This document shows, in pieces, positions 1 through 9,747 of a stretch of 64,000 nt of DNA. Made by a program: the position numbers and the translations under genes. The stretch covers positions 948,137 to 1,012,136 of the forward strand of contig CAVUAE010000001.1 in assembly GCA_963739395.1 (NCBI GenBank). The letters are read 5' to 3'. Positions within the stretch are counted from its first letter, which is position 1. Each line of letters begins with the position of its first letter. The notes beneath the pieces were generated by a model. That model did no database searches, had not been told where the DNA came from, and worked only from the letters and a program-made list of their open reading frames with translations. Source of the stretch: an uncultured Chloroflexia bacterium (GTDB taxonomy: Bacteria; Chloroflexota; Dehalococcoidia; Dehalococcoidales; RBG-16-60-22).

Positions 1-591
1 TTTATAGAGGTTGCCTCCATTATTCGAAAAATATCTCGCGAGAAATGACTTATCAACCGATTCCGCCATCGTATAAACACCGAGATGGTGGTCATTAACA
101 TAGAGGTCGACTATCGACGCGCGGGGAGACGGAACACCCATTTCCGCAAATATTTGATAAGAGATAACATCGCGGATGAAAGTTGGGTCGCTCCAGCCAT
201 TATTGAAATGCACTTTTTTCATGCCATGGAAAGAGCGCGCTGTGTTGAAAAGGTTAAAATCAATGGCTAGTGGAAAGCGGTCGCTTTGCCAAAAAACAGT
301 CTGTTGCAGCGAGGCGTTACCCTTGGTCCTGACGGCGACATCCGGCACCAGCTCGTCGTCAAACCAGAAGTCAGCTTTATAATAGTCTTTGGTAAAAGCA
401 TTCTTTACTAAATCTTGCCAGTCGCTTTCCGGCATGACGATGCGTGCTGTAGCTACTTTATCATCGTAAAAAGGATTGATATCAGGATTGCCGCTATTAG
501 CTTCCGGAGTGACGGTGCAGCCTGATAAATAAGGGGTGAGAAATACTAATACAAGTAAAATCGCGAATAAAAATTTAGCCTTATGCCACAT
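1..591 (-). CDS. CotH kinase-family lipoprotein (partial, runs off left edge)
   Basis: Manual translation from ATG 591: MWHKAKFLFAILLVLVFLTPYLSGC (lipobox)...VAVRTKGNASL...GMKKVHFNNGWSDPTFIRDVISYQIFAEMGVPSPRAS...HLGVYTMAESVDKSFL...GGNLYK, typical CotH motifs. Absent from the ORF track because there is no stop in the window. Confidence 0.85.
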   Translation of the reverse strand, partial: MWHKAKFLFAILLVLVFLTPYLSGCTVTPEANSGNPDINPFYDDKVATARIVMPESDWQDLVKNAFTKDYYKADFWFDDELVPDVAVRTKGNASLQQTVFWQSDRFPLAIDFNLFNTARSFHGMKKVHFNNGWSDPTFIRDVISYQIFAEMGVPSPRASIVDLYVNDHHLGVYTMAESVDKSFLARYFSNNGGNLYK

Positions 592-766
592 TGTATAATT
601 CTAATACTTAATTATTAAAAACATGTGCTAGGTGCCGATAAAAAGTAGATTTTTTAGCACATGTCGCTATGAGGATATCAAAAATTTTAAATAAATGCAA
701 ATACAACATTAGGCTGGTAAAGGGTAACGCAATAAAACAATGTATGCGTCACCCTTTTTCCCTTGG

Positions 767-1549
767 TTATTTACGGCGTCCAATTACCCTTATTAAAGCG
801 AAATATCTGCCCGCATCGGCTTTTAGTACCTCCGCTTCTGAAGGGAAGATAAGCGTACCAGCCTCATTGCAGGCATTTTCGTATTGCAGCCAGTCTTTCC
901 AGCCATCCTTTAAGACGTCCGCCGTTTCTACCGTTATCGAACTCATCCTTTCCCAGTGATTACGCCACCAGGCAGAGGTATGGAAACACCAACATTCGTC
1001 TACCCAAAAAGAAGTGCTATTTTTTCGTTTTTTAGTTAAATGCTTCGGAACTACTGCACCAAAGTACTTTAACCACCCCGGTACGACAATGCCGATTTGC
1101 CCGCCAGGCTTTACAAATTTCTGGAAGTAAGACAAATAGAGGTCGTCAGTGCCATAATACTGGTAAGAGTCCAGCGACACTATCGCATCGAAGAAACCCT
1201 CGGCATAGGGCAGGTCATGCGCTTCGGCGTGAATCGGACAGATTTGGTCTTCCATTCCTGCTTCTTTAATACGCTGCCAGTTTTCCGCGGCGCTTATCCA
1301 GAGGTCGTTAGCCCAAACCTTTACCCCGAACTCTTTCGCGAGGAAGATAGAGCTTAACGCCTTACCGCATCCCATATCCAGCACGCGCATCCCCGGTTTA
1401 AGCTCCATTTTTTCACAGAGCCACTCCGCCAGCCAGAGTACGTTAGGACCCATCCATCCTTTTAAGACCCACTCGGGGTCATATTTAGCCGAGCGAGGAT
1501 AGCGGTCGTTCTTCAATAGCTCCGTCATTCTTTTTTTGGTTATTTTCAT
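767..1549 (-). CDS. Class I SAM-dependent methyltransferase
   Basis: VLDMGCGKA motif I and LPYAEGFFDAIVS. Start moved to ATG 1549 (AAGGAG RBS) because the ORF-track extension overlaps tRNA-Gly. Confidence 0.88.
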   Translation of the reverse strand: MKITKKRMTELLKNDRYPRSAKYDPEWVLKGWMGPNVLWLAEWLCEKMELKPGMRVLDMGCGKALSSIFLAKEFGVKVWANDLWISAAENWQRIKEAGMEDQICPIHAEAHDLPYAEGFFDAIVSLDSYQYYGTDDLYLSYFQKFVKPGGQIGIVVPGWLKYFGAVVPKHLTKKRKNSTSFWVDECWCFHTSAWWRNHWERMSSITVETADVLKDGWKDWLQYENACNEAGTLIFPSEAEVLKADAGRYFALIRVIGRRK

Positions 1550-1667
1550 GATTACTCCTTTGTGTATCTTAATCAGCCGCCAAAAGGGAAGATATGTTAG
1601 GTTACAGGGCAAGAGTAATGGGATAACGTTATATATTGAGATTATTTTAGGATAGTAAACTAAATAC

Positions 1668-1742
<75 letters not shown>

Positions 1743-1846
1743 CCTAAAGCTTTATAATTTTAGCCCAAAAGGCCTGTGTTGTAAAGACTTTTTACAGCTA
1801 TGTCTGCTAGAAGTATATTTTATAAATAGTGTACTTAGTGTAACAT

Positions 1847-1875
1847 TTGACTTTTTTTCTAGGCATTGATATACT
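1847..1875 (+). promoter_or_regulatory. sigma70-like promoter of the corrinoid/URO-D operon
   Basis: TTGACT-N17-TATACT about 90 nt upstream of ATG 1962. Confidence 0.65.
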
Positions 1876-1961
1876 CGCCATGAACGATTTGTATTCGGAA
1901 CATTTCCGGTCTAATTGTTTCAATTTCTAGGATATCAAAAAATATTAAGGAGGATTTAGGT

Positions 1962-2597
1962 ATGTCCGGAGATTTTGTGAATTTGTTGGCTGATTTAAAA
2001 GAGGAAGAGGTACTCAAGCTGACCAAACAGCGGCTTGATTCGAAAGAAGACCCCCTCAAAATCCTCGAAGACGCTCGGAAGGGTATGGAAATCGTCGGCA
2101 AGCGGTTTGCCGGCGGCGAATACTTCCTGCCCGAGCTCGTCTTTTCCGGCGAGCTGCTCGCGCAGATTACTGCTATCGTGAAACCCCATCTCTCGGGGTC
2201 GGGGGTCCAGGTTAAGAAAATCGGCAAGGTCGTCATCGGCACAGTCGCCGGTGATATCCATGATATCGGCTTAAACATCGTCGATTTCATGCTCGATGTC
2301 AACGGCTTCGAGGTCACCAACCTCGGCGTCGATGTCCCGGTAGCAAAATTCGTTAAAGCCATGCAGGATACCAAGGCGCCTGTTCTCGGCTTAAGCGGAT
2401 TTCTTACCCCCGCCTTCGATGCCATGAAAGAAACCGTTGAGGCATTGGATAAAGCCGGTCTGCGCAAGAATATCAAAATCATGATTGGCGGCGGCCAGAT
2501 GGACGATGAGGTCCGCAAGTACGCCAAAGCCGATGCCTTCGGTAAAGACGCCATGGCGGCAGTTACACTCACCAAACAATGGTACGGTTTGAAATAA
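1962..2597 (+). CDS. Corrinoid (cobalamin-binding) methyl-carrier protein, MtaC/MttC-like
   Basis: N-terminal cap helices plus GTVAGDIHDIG (DxHxxG) and LGLSG motifs; AGGAGG RBS. Confidence 0.93.
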   Translation: MSGDFVNLLADLKEEEVLKLTKQRLDSKEDPLKILEDARKGMEIVGKRFAGGEYFLPELVFSGELLAQITAIVKPHLSGSGVQVKKIGKVVIGTVAGDIHDIGLNIVDFMLDVNGFEVTNLGVDVPVAKFVKAMQDTKAPVLGLSGFLTPAFDAMKETVEALDKAGLRKNIKIMIGGGQMDDEVRKYAKADAFGKDAMAAVTLTKQWYGLK

Positions 2598-2598
2598 T

Positions 2599-3933
2599 AT
2601 GGAAAAGACATGGGCGGAGTTGACTCCTCAAGAAAAGCAGGAACAGCGCTTTAAGCGGTGGCTTTCTCCGCCAGGTGTCACCTTTGCCAACCCGCAGGTA
2701 GAGAAAGCCTATAAAGAAAGAGTCACCAGGTTCATGAAGGCTTTCACCCTGCAGAAACCTGATAGGGTGCCCTGTATCCTGCCTACTGGGTTTTTTGCCG
2801 CTTCATACGCCGGCACCAATCTTGGAGAAGTCATGTATGACTATGACAAGATGAAAAGCGCCTGGCGTAAAATGCTGCATGACTTCGCTGATGCGGATAC
2901 TTATGTTGCCCCCGCCCTTGTGCCGCCCGGCCGTTCATTGGAAGCGATAGATTATAAGCTGTATAAATGGCCTGGACACGGTCTTTCCAAGACTACCCTT
3001 TCATATCAGGCGGTCGAGGGCGAGTGGATGAAAGCCGACGAATACGACGCTCTTATCCGCGACCCCTCCGATTTCTGGTTGCGGACTTATCTACCGAGGG
3101 TTTTTGGGGCGTTTAAGGCTTTTAACCAATTACCGACGTGGACGAGTTTTGAAGAAATAGCCACAATGTCCTTCATACCCTTCGGCAATCCGGACGTGCA
3201 GGCTGGTTTTAACGCCATCATGAAAGCCGGCACGGAAAGTCTTAAATGGATTGCGGCTGTCGGTGAGGTCGCTGCCGAATCGTCAGCGATGGGATTCCCT
3301 GGGATTATGAGTGGGCTGGCTAAAGCCCCCTTCGATACCCTGGGCGATACCCTACGCGGGACGCAGGGCGTGATGATGGATATGTTCCAGCGCCCGCAAA
3401 AACTCCACGAAGCCATGGAAAGATTAGTCCCTATTATTGTCCACGGGGCTTTATCAACAGTGGCTAATGCCGCGGCACCTATTATCATCATGCCGCTCCA
3501 TAAAGGCGCTGATAGCTTCATGTCTATTAAACAGTACGAAACCTTCTACTGGCCTACGTTTAAAAAAGTGGTCATGGCGATGGTCAATGAAGGCGTCTAC
3601 CCCATACTCTTCGCCGAGGGGAGTTATAACAAACGACTGGATATCATCGGCGACTTCCCTAAGGGCTCGGTTGCCTGGTACTTCGACCAGACGGATATTT
3701 TCGAGGCGAAGAAAAAAATCGGCAATAAATGCTGCATCATCGGCAACGTGCCAACCTCGTTAATCATGACGGGCACGCCGCAGCAGGTAAAAGAGCATTG
3801 CCGGAAACTTATCGAGGGCTGCGGCAAGGGCGGCGGTTACGTCCTCGCTGGTGGCGCAAATGTTGATGCAGGCAATCCGGAAAACCTGCGCGCTATGATG
3901 GCGGCAGTAAAAGAATACGGCGTATACAAGTAA
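2599..3933 (+). CDS. URO-D/MtaA superfamily protein, paralog 1
   Basis: PDRVP N-terminal motif, PFD..GDTLRG, MPLHKG, IIGNVP and GGGYVL, typical of the uroporphyrinogen decarboxylase-like TIM barrel. Confidence 0.85.
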   Translation: MEKTWAELTPQEKQEQRFKRWLSPPGVTFANPQVEKAYKERVTRFMKAFTLQKPDRVPCILPTGFFAASYAGTNLGEVMYDYDKMKSAWRKMLHDFADADTYVAPALVPPGRSLEAIDYKLYKWPGHGLSKTTLSYQAVEGEWMKADEYDALIRDPSDFWLRTYLPRVFGAFKAFNQLPTWTSFEEIATMSFIPFGNPDVQAGFNAIMKAGTESLKWIAAVGEVAAESSAMGFPGIMSGLAKAPFDTLGDTLRGTQGVMMDMFQRPQKLHEAMERLVPIIVHGALSTVANAAAPIIIMPLHKGADSFMSIKQYETFYWPTFKKVVMAMVNEGVYPILFAEGSYNKRLDIIGDFPKGSVAWYFDQTDIFEAKKKIGNKCCIIGNVPTSLIMTGTPQQVKEHCRKLIEGCGKGGGYVLAGGANVDAGNPENLRAMMAAVKEYGVYK

Positions 3934-4035
3934 ATTAAAGATATTAGCTATTTGCTGAAGGCAGGCATTTTCGCACCGTTTCTATAGGTGGGGGAATGCC
4001 TGTTAGTTCAAGCGATATATTTCTGGAGGTTTAAG

Positions 4036-5364
4036 ATGGCAAAACAATGGTCGGAAATGACCTGGCAGGAAAAGCGCGAGGAAAGATTTAAAAAGTGGCT
4101 CTCTCCCCCCGGTGTAAAATTACCTAATGCGGAAATAGAGAAAAAGTATCAAGCCCGCCTCACCCGCATGATTAAAGCCATTAAGATGGAAATTCCTGAC
4201 CGCGTCCCCATTCACCTAGCCGCGAACTCCTTCGTCGCTTACAATGCCGGTCATACTTTCAAAGACGTTCTCTATGATTATTCTTTGATTAAACCCTCCT
4301 GGATAAAATTCCTCGACGAGTTCGAACAAGATTCCGCCGATGCCCCCGGCTTTTTCTCCGCCAGGGTCTATGAAATCCTCGATTATAAATTAAACAAGTG
4401 GCCCGGGCATGGTTTGCCGGATAACTCTACCCTGCCTAATTTTGTGGAAAAAGAATATATGCAGGCTGATGAGTACGACCTCTTTATGAAAGAGCCTTTC
4501 GACTTCGGCGTGCGTCGTTTTACACCCCGCACCTGGGGCGCCTTCGAGCTTCTGGCTAATATCGGTCCCTTAACCTCCTATCAAGGCCTCCCCGACCAAC
4601 TGATGATGATGTGCCAGGACCCAAGATTTTTGAAGCTCGCTAAATCCATCTATGAAGCCAGCCAGGAAAGCGTTAAACACCAAAAGGTAATGGGCGAATG
4701 CGCCCAGGAATCTCTAAACAGGGGCTTCCCTCCCTTAATGGGCGGCGTGACGCTGGCGCCTTTTGATGTTGTAGCGGATATGCTACGCGGCACGCATGGC
4801 TCGGTGATGGATATGTATCGCCAGCCGGAAAAACTCCTTGAAGCGCTGGAATATATCACCAAGAACAGCATCGAGTCAACCGTAGGTATGGTTAATATGG
4901 CGCGCAGTCCTATCGTCTTCGTGCCCATGCATAAAGGCGATAAAAGCTTCATGTCTATCAAGCAGTTTGAAAAATTTTACTGGCCTACCTTCCGTAAACT
5001 CCTCTTGGGCGTGGTTAACGAAGGCTGTGTGCCAATGATGGTCATTGACGGCGAATATGATGAAGCACGCCTGAAACTCATCAGCGAATTACCGAAATCA
5101 TCTGTCGTTTGGACAATGGAAAAAACGGATATGGCGATGGCTAAAAAAATCCTGGGCAACTCCGCCTGCATCGCCGGCAATGTAACCGCGGCAATGCTTT
5201 ACACGCAAACCCCCAAGGCGATTAAGGAATACGCCCACAAGCTCATCGAAATTTGCGGTCCTGGCGGCGGCTATATCCTGGCACTCGGTTCCGGCATCGA
5301 TAAATGCAACCCCGCTAATTTGCACGCGGTTGTTGAAGCCGGTTTAGAATACGGTAAGTATTAG
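4036..5364 (+). CDS. URO-D/MtaA superfamily protein, paralog 2
   Basis: Same motifs (PDRVP, PFD..ADMLRG, VPMHKG, IAGNV, GGGYIL). Start set at ATG 4036 after GGAGG. Confidence 0.85.
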   Translation: MAKQWSEMTWQEKREERFKKWLSPPGVKLPNAEIEKKYQARLTRMIKAIKMEIPDRVPIHLAANSFVAYNAGHTFKDVLYDYSLIKPSWIKFLDEFEQDSADAPGFFSARVYEILDYKLNKWPGHGLPDNSTLPNFVEKEYMQADEYDLFMKEPFDFGVRRFTPRTWGAFELLANIGPLTSYQGLPDQLMMMCQDPRFLKLAKSIYEASQESVKHQKVMGECAQESLNRGFPPLMGGVTLAPFDVVADMLRGTHGSVMDMYRQPEKLLEALEYITKNSIESTVGMVNMARSPIVFVPMHKGDKSFMSIKQFEKFYWPTFRKLLLGVVNEGCVPMMVIDGEYDEARLKLISELPKSSVVWTMEKTDMAMAKKILGNSACIAGNVTAAMLYTQTPKAIKEYAHKLIEICGPGGGYILALGSGIDKCNPANLHAVVEAGLEYGKY

Positions 5365-5430
5365 AGTAGATAACAAAATCCATTATCACCTACACCCGAC
5401 CCTGTAATATTTTAAGGAGGGCATTCAATC

Positions 5431-6768
5431 ATGCAGCAAACCAAGAAATGGGAAGAGATGACCTGGCAGGAAAAACGCGAGGCGCGCTTTGACCGGTGGC
5501 TTAATCCGCCGGACGTAAAATTCATCAACAAGGAAGCGGAGCAGCTTTATAAAGCGCGTGTCACCCGATTCATTAAAGCTATCAAGCTGGAAGAACCCGA
5601 CCGTGTGCCGGTGATGCTCCCCGCCGGAAACTTTCCGGCTTTCTGGGCAGGCTCTTCCTTCCATGAGATAATGTACGACTATAAAAAAGGCAACGAAATC
5701 TGGAAGAAATATATGGCAGCATTCGGGGACATGGACACTTTTAACGGTCCATCCTTTATCCCCTCCGGTAAGATATCGGAAGTCATTCGCTCCAAGCAGA
5801 CAAGGCTGCCTGGGCTTGGTCTTCCCAAAGATGCCCCGATGAATCAGTTCGTCGAAGGCGAATACATGATGGCGGACGAGTATGACAAATATATGGAGGA
5901 CCCCACTGATTATAACCTCCGGGTGATGATGCCCCGCACCACTCCCCTCTTCGAGTCTTTCAGAAAACTCCCGCCTTTGAGCAACATGATGGGTAATTTC
6001 TGGGTGATGGCTCTAAGTGACCCGGATATTCGCAAGACTTTCGAGACACTCATGTCGCTGACCGATGAACAAAAGAAACACACAGCAGCTAGTTTTGAAA
6101 TCAACCAGTATATTAAAGAACGTGGCTATCCTTCATTATGGGGCGGAGGCATTATGGCGGCGGCGCCCTTCGACCATTTTGCCGACGCTTTACGCGGCAC
6201 ACAGGGCATCGCCAAAGACATGTTCCGCCAGCCGAAGAAATTGCATCAGGCTATGGAGTGGTATGTCAAACGGACTATTGAGACCAATATCAAGAACTTC
6301 CCCATAACGTCAAGTCCCCTCTGTATGATGCCCCTGCATAAAGGCGACGATGCTTTCATGTCCGATAAGCAGTTCGCCGAGTTCTACTGGCCTACTTACC
6401 GGCAGGTACTCATGGCGATGATTAACGAGGGTCTGGTGCCCATGCCTTTTGCTGAAGGGCGCTACACCAAACGCCTCAAGCAAATCAATGATACGCCTCC
6501 GAGCGGCGTCGTCTGGTACTTCGACCAGACGGATATGAAAGAAGCTAAACGCATTCTCGGTAACATTTGCTGTATCGCCGGTAATGTGCCAACCTCGATT
6601 ATGATTAAAGGCACTACTGAATCGGTGAAAGAATACTGTCGCAAGCTTATCGCCGACTGCAAGCCGGGCGGCGGTTTCATACTTGCTGGTGGCGCCAGTG
6701 TCGATTCCGGTAAAATAGAAAACCTGAAAGCCATGATGGAAGCCGCCAAGGAATATGGGAAGTATTAG
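5431..6768 (+). CDS. URO-D/MtaA superfamily protein, paralog 3
   Basis: PDRVP, PFDHFADALRG, MPLHKG, IAGNVP, GGGFIL; AAGGAGG RBS. Confidence 0.85.
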   Translation: MQQTKKWEEMTWQEKREARFDRWLNPPDVKFINKEAEQLYKARVTRFIKAIKLEEPDRVPVMLPAGNFPAFWAGSSFHEIMYDYKKGNEIWKKYMAAFGDMDTFNGPSFIPSGKISEVIRSKQTRLPGLGLPKDAPMNQFVEGEYMMADEYDKYMEDPTDYNLRVMMPRTTPLFESFRKLPPLSNMMGNFWVMALSDPDIRKTFETLMSLTDEQKKHTAASFEINQYIKERGYPSLWGGGIMAAAPFDHFADALRGTQGIAKDMFRQPKKLHQAMEWYVKRTIETNIKNFPITSSPLCMMPLHKGDDAFMSDKQFAEFYWPTYRQVLMAMINEGLVPMPFAEGRYTKRLKQINDTPPSGVVWYFDQTDMKEAKRILGNICCIAGNVPTSIMIKGTTESVKEYCRKLIADCKPGGGFILAGGASVDSGKIENLKAMMEAAKEYGKY

Positions 6769-6780
6769 GGAAAAAGAAGA

Positions 6781-6850
6781 AGTAGACAGTTTACGGTTGA
6801 CAGTACCCTTTTCTTTTCGCTAACACTGTAAACTGTGTACTGTAAACTGT
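6781..6850. repeat. Heptamer tandem repeats arranged as an inverted pair
   Basis: AGTAGAC-AGTTTAC-GGTTGAC-AGT (6781-6804) faces ACTGTAA-ACTGTGT-ACTGTAA-ACTGT (6825-6850). Confidence 0.6.
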
Positions 6851-6877
6851 TGACATTACACTACGGAGGATGACCAG

Positions 6878-8212
6878 ATGTTTACTAGACCAGATAATTG
6901 GGCAAGTCTTACCTGGCAGCAAAAACGCGACCTGCGCCTTAACCATTGGATAAGCGCCCCAGGTATCAAGTTCGTCAATAAACAAGCAGAAAAAGATTAC
7001 AAAGCACGCGTCACTCGCCTGGCGAAAGCCGTGAAAATGGAAATCCCCGACCGCGTTCCCTGTATGATTCCCACCGGCTGGTTTCCCGCCCAGAACGCCG
7101 GCGTCCCGCTTAAGAAAGTCATGTATGACCCCGAACTGATGAAAAAGGTCTGGCTTAAGTTCGTTGATGAATACGACTCCGATTCTTTCGACGGTACGCT
7201 TTTCTTCCAGGCAAAAATCAATGAATTGATGGAAGCCAAGACAATGAAATGGCCCGGTCATGGTCTGCCGGACGAAGCTCATTCCTATCAATACGTGGAA
7301 GGCGTCTATATGCAAGCCGATGAATACGACCTTTTTATGAAAGACCCCTTCGACTTCCAGTTGCTCAAGCTTTTACCGCGTACCATGGGTGTTTTCGAGC
7401 CATTCAAGGATATGGCTTCGTTTTCGTCTTATCAAGGACTTCCCCAGCGCTTGATGATGATGTGCCTTGACCCGAAATTCCAAAAATTATTTAAAGCCAT
7501 CAAAGAATCCAGTAAGGAACTGCCAGCCTGGGGCAAAGCCAACGCCGAGACCACGGCGGGCGCCAACGCCAAGGGATTCCCTGTTTTCCGCGGCGGTCTG
7601 GCAGTCGCCCCATTTGACGTTTTTGCCGATAGCCTGCGCGGCACGCAGGGCATCGTCATGGATATGTTCCGCCAGCCGGAAAAAATACATGAGGCGATGG
7701 AGTTTGTCCTGCCCCAATTACTAACCGGATCTATTTCTATGGCGGACGGCGCTGATTGTCCGGTCATCATGATGCCCTTGCATAAAGGTGACGATACCTT
7801 TATGTCCGATAAACAGTTCGAGGTGTTTTACTGGCCAACCTTCCGCCGCCTTCTGCTAGGTATGGTTGACGAGGGACTGGTCCCCTATCCCGTGGCAGAA
7901 GGCGCTTACAATCGGCGTCTGGAATATATCTCGGATATGCCTAAATCCGCCATCGCCTGGATGTTCGACCAGACCAATATGGCTAATGCCAAGAAAACAG
8001 TCGGCAAAGTTTCCTGCATCGCCGGTAATGTACCGGTGTCCATCGCCTATACAAAGTCGGCGGCGGAGATGAAAGAGTATTGTCGTAAGCTTATTGAAAC
8101 CTGCGCCCCGGGCGGCGGTTATATCCTCACCGGCGGCTCCACTTTTGACATGGCTAAACCGGAAAACCTACGCGCTATGATGGATGCCGCTAAGGAGTAT
8201 GGGAAGTACTAG
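6878..8212 (+). CDS. URO-D/MtaA superfamily protein, paralog 4
   Basis: PDRVP, PFDVFADSLRG, MPLHKG, IAGNVP, GGGYIL; GGAGG RBS. Confidence 0.85.
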   Translation: MFTRPDNWASLTWQQKRDLRLNHWISAPGIKFVNKQAEKDYKARVTRLAKAVKMEIPDRVPCMIPTGWFPAQNAGVPLKKVMYDPELMKKVWLKFVDEYDSDSFDGTLFFQAKINELMEAKTMKWPGHGLPDEAHSYQYVEGVYMQADEYDLFMKDPFDFQLLKLLPRTMGVFEPFKDMASFSSYQGLPQRLMMMCLDPKFQKLFKAIKESSKELPAWGKANAETTAGANAKGFPVFRGGLAVAPFDVFADSLRGTQGIVMDMFRQPEKIHEAMEFVLPQLLTGSISMADGADCPVIMMPLHKGDDTFMSDKQFEVFYWPTFRRLLLGMVDEGLVPYPVAEGAYNRRLEYISDMPKSAIAWMFDQTNMANAKKTVGKVSCIAGNVPVSIAYTKSAAEMKEYCRKLIETCAPGGGYILTGGSTFDMAKPENLRAMMDAAKEYGKY

Positions 8213-8219
8213 TTTAACT

Positions 8220-8339
8220 GTCATTGCGAGCCCCGCCTTGTCGGGGCGCGGCAATCTCAAACACCGATTTTAATAATAGATAGGGATTGCCACGTCGCTT
8301 TGGTTCGACAAGCTCATCACGAGCGCTCCTCGTAATGAC
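8220..8339. repeat. REP/MITE-like palindromic element
   Basis: Terminal inverted repeat GTCATTGCG...CGTAATGAC with internal GCAATCT/GGATTGC arms and nested hairpins. Confidence 0.7.
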
Positions 8340-8363
8340 AAAGTGCGTTAACAGGAGGCTACT

Positions 8364-9707
8364 ATGGATGGCATTGCTAACTGGAAAGAATTAACTCCTG
8401 ACCAGAAAAGGCAAGCCAGATTTAAACGCTGGCTGGATGCCCCCGGCCTTAAATTTAAGAATAAAGAAGCGGAACAACTTTATAAGACTAGAGTAACCCG
8501 TTACATCAAAGCCATCAGCATGGAAGAAGCCGACCGCGTTCCCTGCAGCCTGCCTTTAGGCTGGTTCCCCGCTTATTATGCCGGTTACGACCTTAAAACG
8601 GTAATGTATGATTACGGAAAAATGAAAAAAGCCTGGCTGAAGTTTGTGCATGATTTCGGCGATATGGATAGTCACGGTGGACCCGGACTCATCCTGCCGG
8701 CGAAAGCGCTGGAAATTTTGGGACACAAAATGCATAAATGGCCGGGACATGGTCTCGCCGATAATGTGCCCTCGTACCAGTTTGTCGAAAGCGAGTACAT
8801 GAAAGCTAATGAATACGACCACCTCATCCAGGACCCCTCTGATTTCTGGCTGCGTGTTTTCATGCCCCGCCAAGCCGATGCATTCGCCCCGTTGGCAAAA
8901 TTCATGCATTTGAACCCGGTAATAGGCTTACCTATCAGTACCATACCAGCGTTCTCCACGCCGGAGATGCAGGCGATGTTTAAGAAAATCTGGGCTGCCG
9001 GTGCCGAGATGGATAAATGGATGAAAGTCATCGGTGAGGTAAACAACACGACGTTATCCGAAGGCTTACCGTCTTTTAACGGAGGCGGTTATTCCGGGGC
9101 GCCATTTGATATGCTGACTGATTTTTGCCGGGGTACGCAGGGTATTTTCATGGATGTCTTTCGTCAGCCGGGAAAAATTCATGAAGCCATGGAAAGACTG
9201 GTGCCCATTATGATTGAAGCAGCGGTAAGTTCCGCCGAGGGTTCGTTATCGCCGGTTCTTATGATGCCCCTGCACAAGGGCGAAAAAGGCTTCATGTCCC
9301 CCAAGCAGTTCGAGGAATTTTACTGGCCTACTTTTAAACGGGTCCTACTGGGGATTATTAATGAAGGTCTCGTGCCGATGCCATTTGCCGAGGGCAACTA
9401 TATACCCCGCCTGGAAATCATCCAGGATATGCCTAAAGGCTCGATAGTCTGGTACTTCGAATATATGGATATGGCGCATGCCAAACGGACAGTCGGTAAG
9501 AAAAATTGCATTATGGGCAACCTGCCGATTTCTATTATGGTTACCGGCACGGCGAAGGAAGTAAAAGAAGGCTGTCGTAAGCTTATCGAGGACTGTGCCG
9601 CCGGCGGAGGTTATGTTCTGACTGCCGCCGCCCAAATGGACCAGGGTAAGATAGAAAACCTGCATGCTATGATGGACGCGGCTAAAGAGTACGGCGTTTA
9701 TAAATAG
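8364..9707 (+). CDS. URO-D/MtaA superfamily protein, paralog 5
   Basis: ADRVP, PFDMLTDFCRG, MPLHKG, IMGNLP, GGGYVL; AGGAGG RBS. Confidence 0.85.
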   Translation: MDGIANWKELTPDQKRQARFKRWLDAPGLKFKNKEAEQLYKTRVTRYIKAISMEEADRVPCSLPLGWFPAYYAGYDLKTVMYDYGKMKKAWLKFVHDFGDMDSHGGPGLILPAKALEILGHKMHKWPGHGLADNVPSYQFVESEYMKANEYDHLIQDPSDFWLRVFMPRQADAFAPLAKFMHLNPVIGLPISTIPAFSTPEMQAMFKKIWAAGAEMDKWMKVIGEVNNTTLSEGLPSFNGGGYSGAPFDMLTDFCRGTQGIFMDVFRQPGKIHEAMERLVPIMIEAAVSSAEGSLSPVLMMPLHKGEKGFMSPKQFEEFYWPTFKRVLLGIINEGLVPMPFAEGNYIPRLEIIQDMPKGSIVWYFEYMDMAHAKRTVGKKNCIMGNLPISIMVTGTAKEVKEGCRKLIEDCAAGGGYVLTAAAQMDQGKIENLHAMMDAAKEYGVYK

Positions 9708-9747
9708 AGATTCAGCGATAAATGAAAAAGAAAAGGACTAGTCAGCC

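Noticed and set aside
1743-1961. Cobalamin riboswitch expected upstream of the corrinoid gene
   Set aside because: No B12-box or conserved GGGAA/GCCACTG core, and the predicted leader is only ~80 nt and AT-rich.
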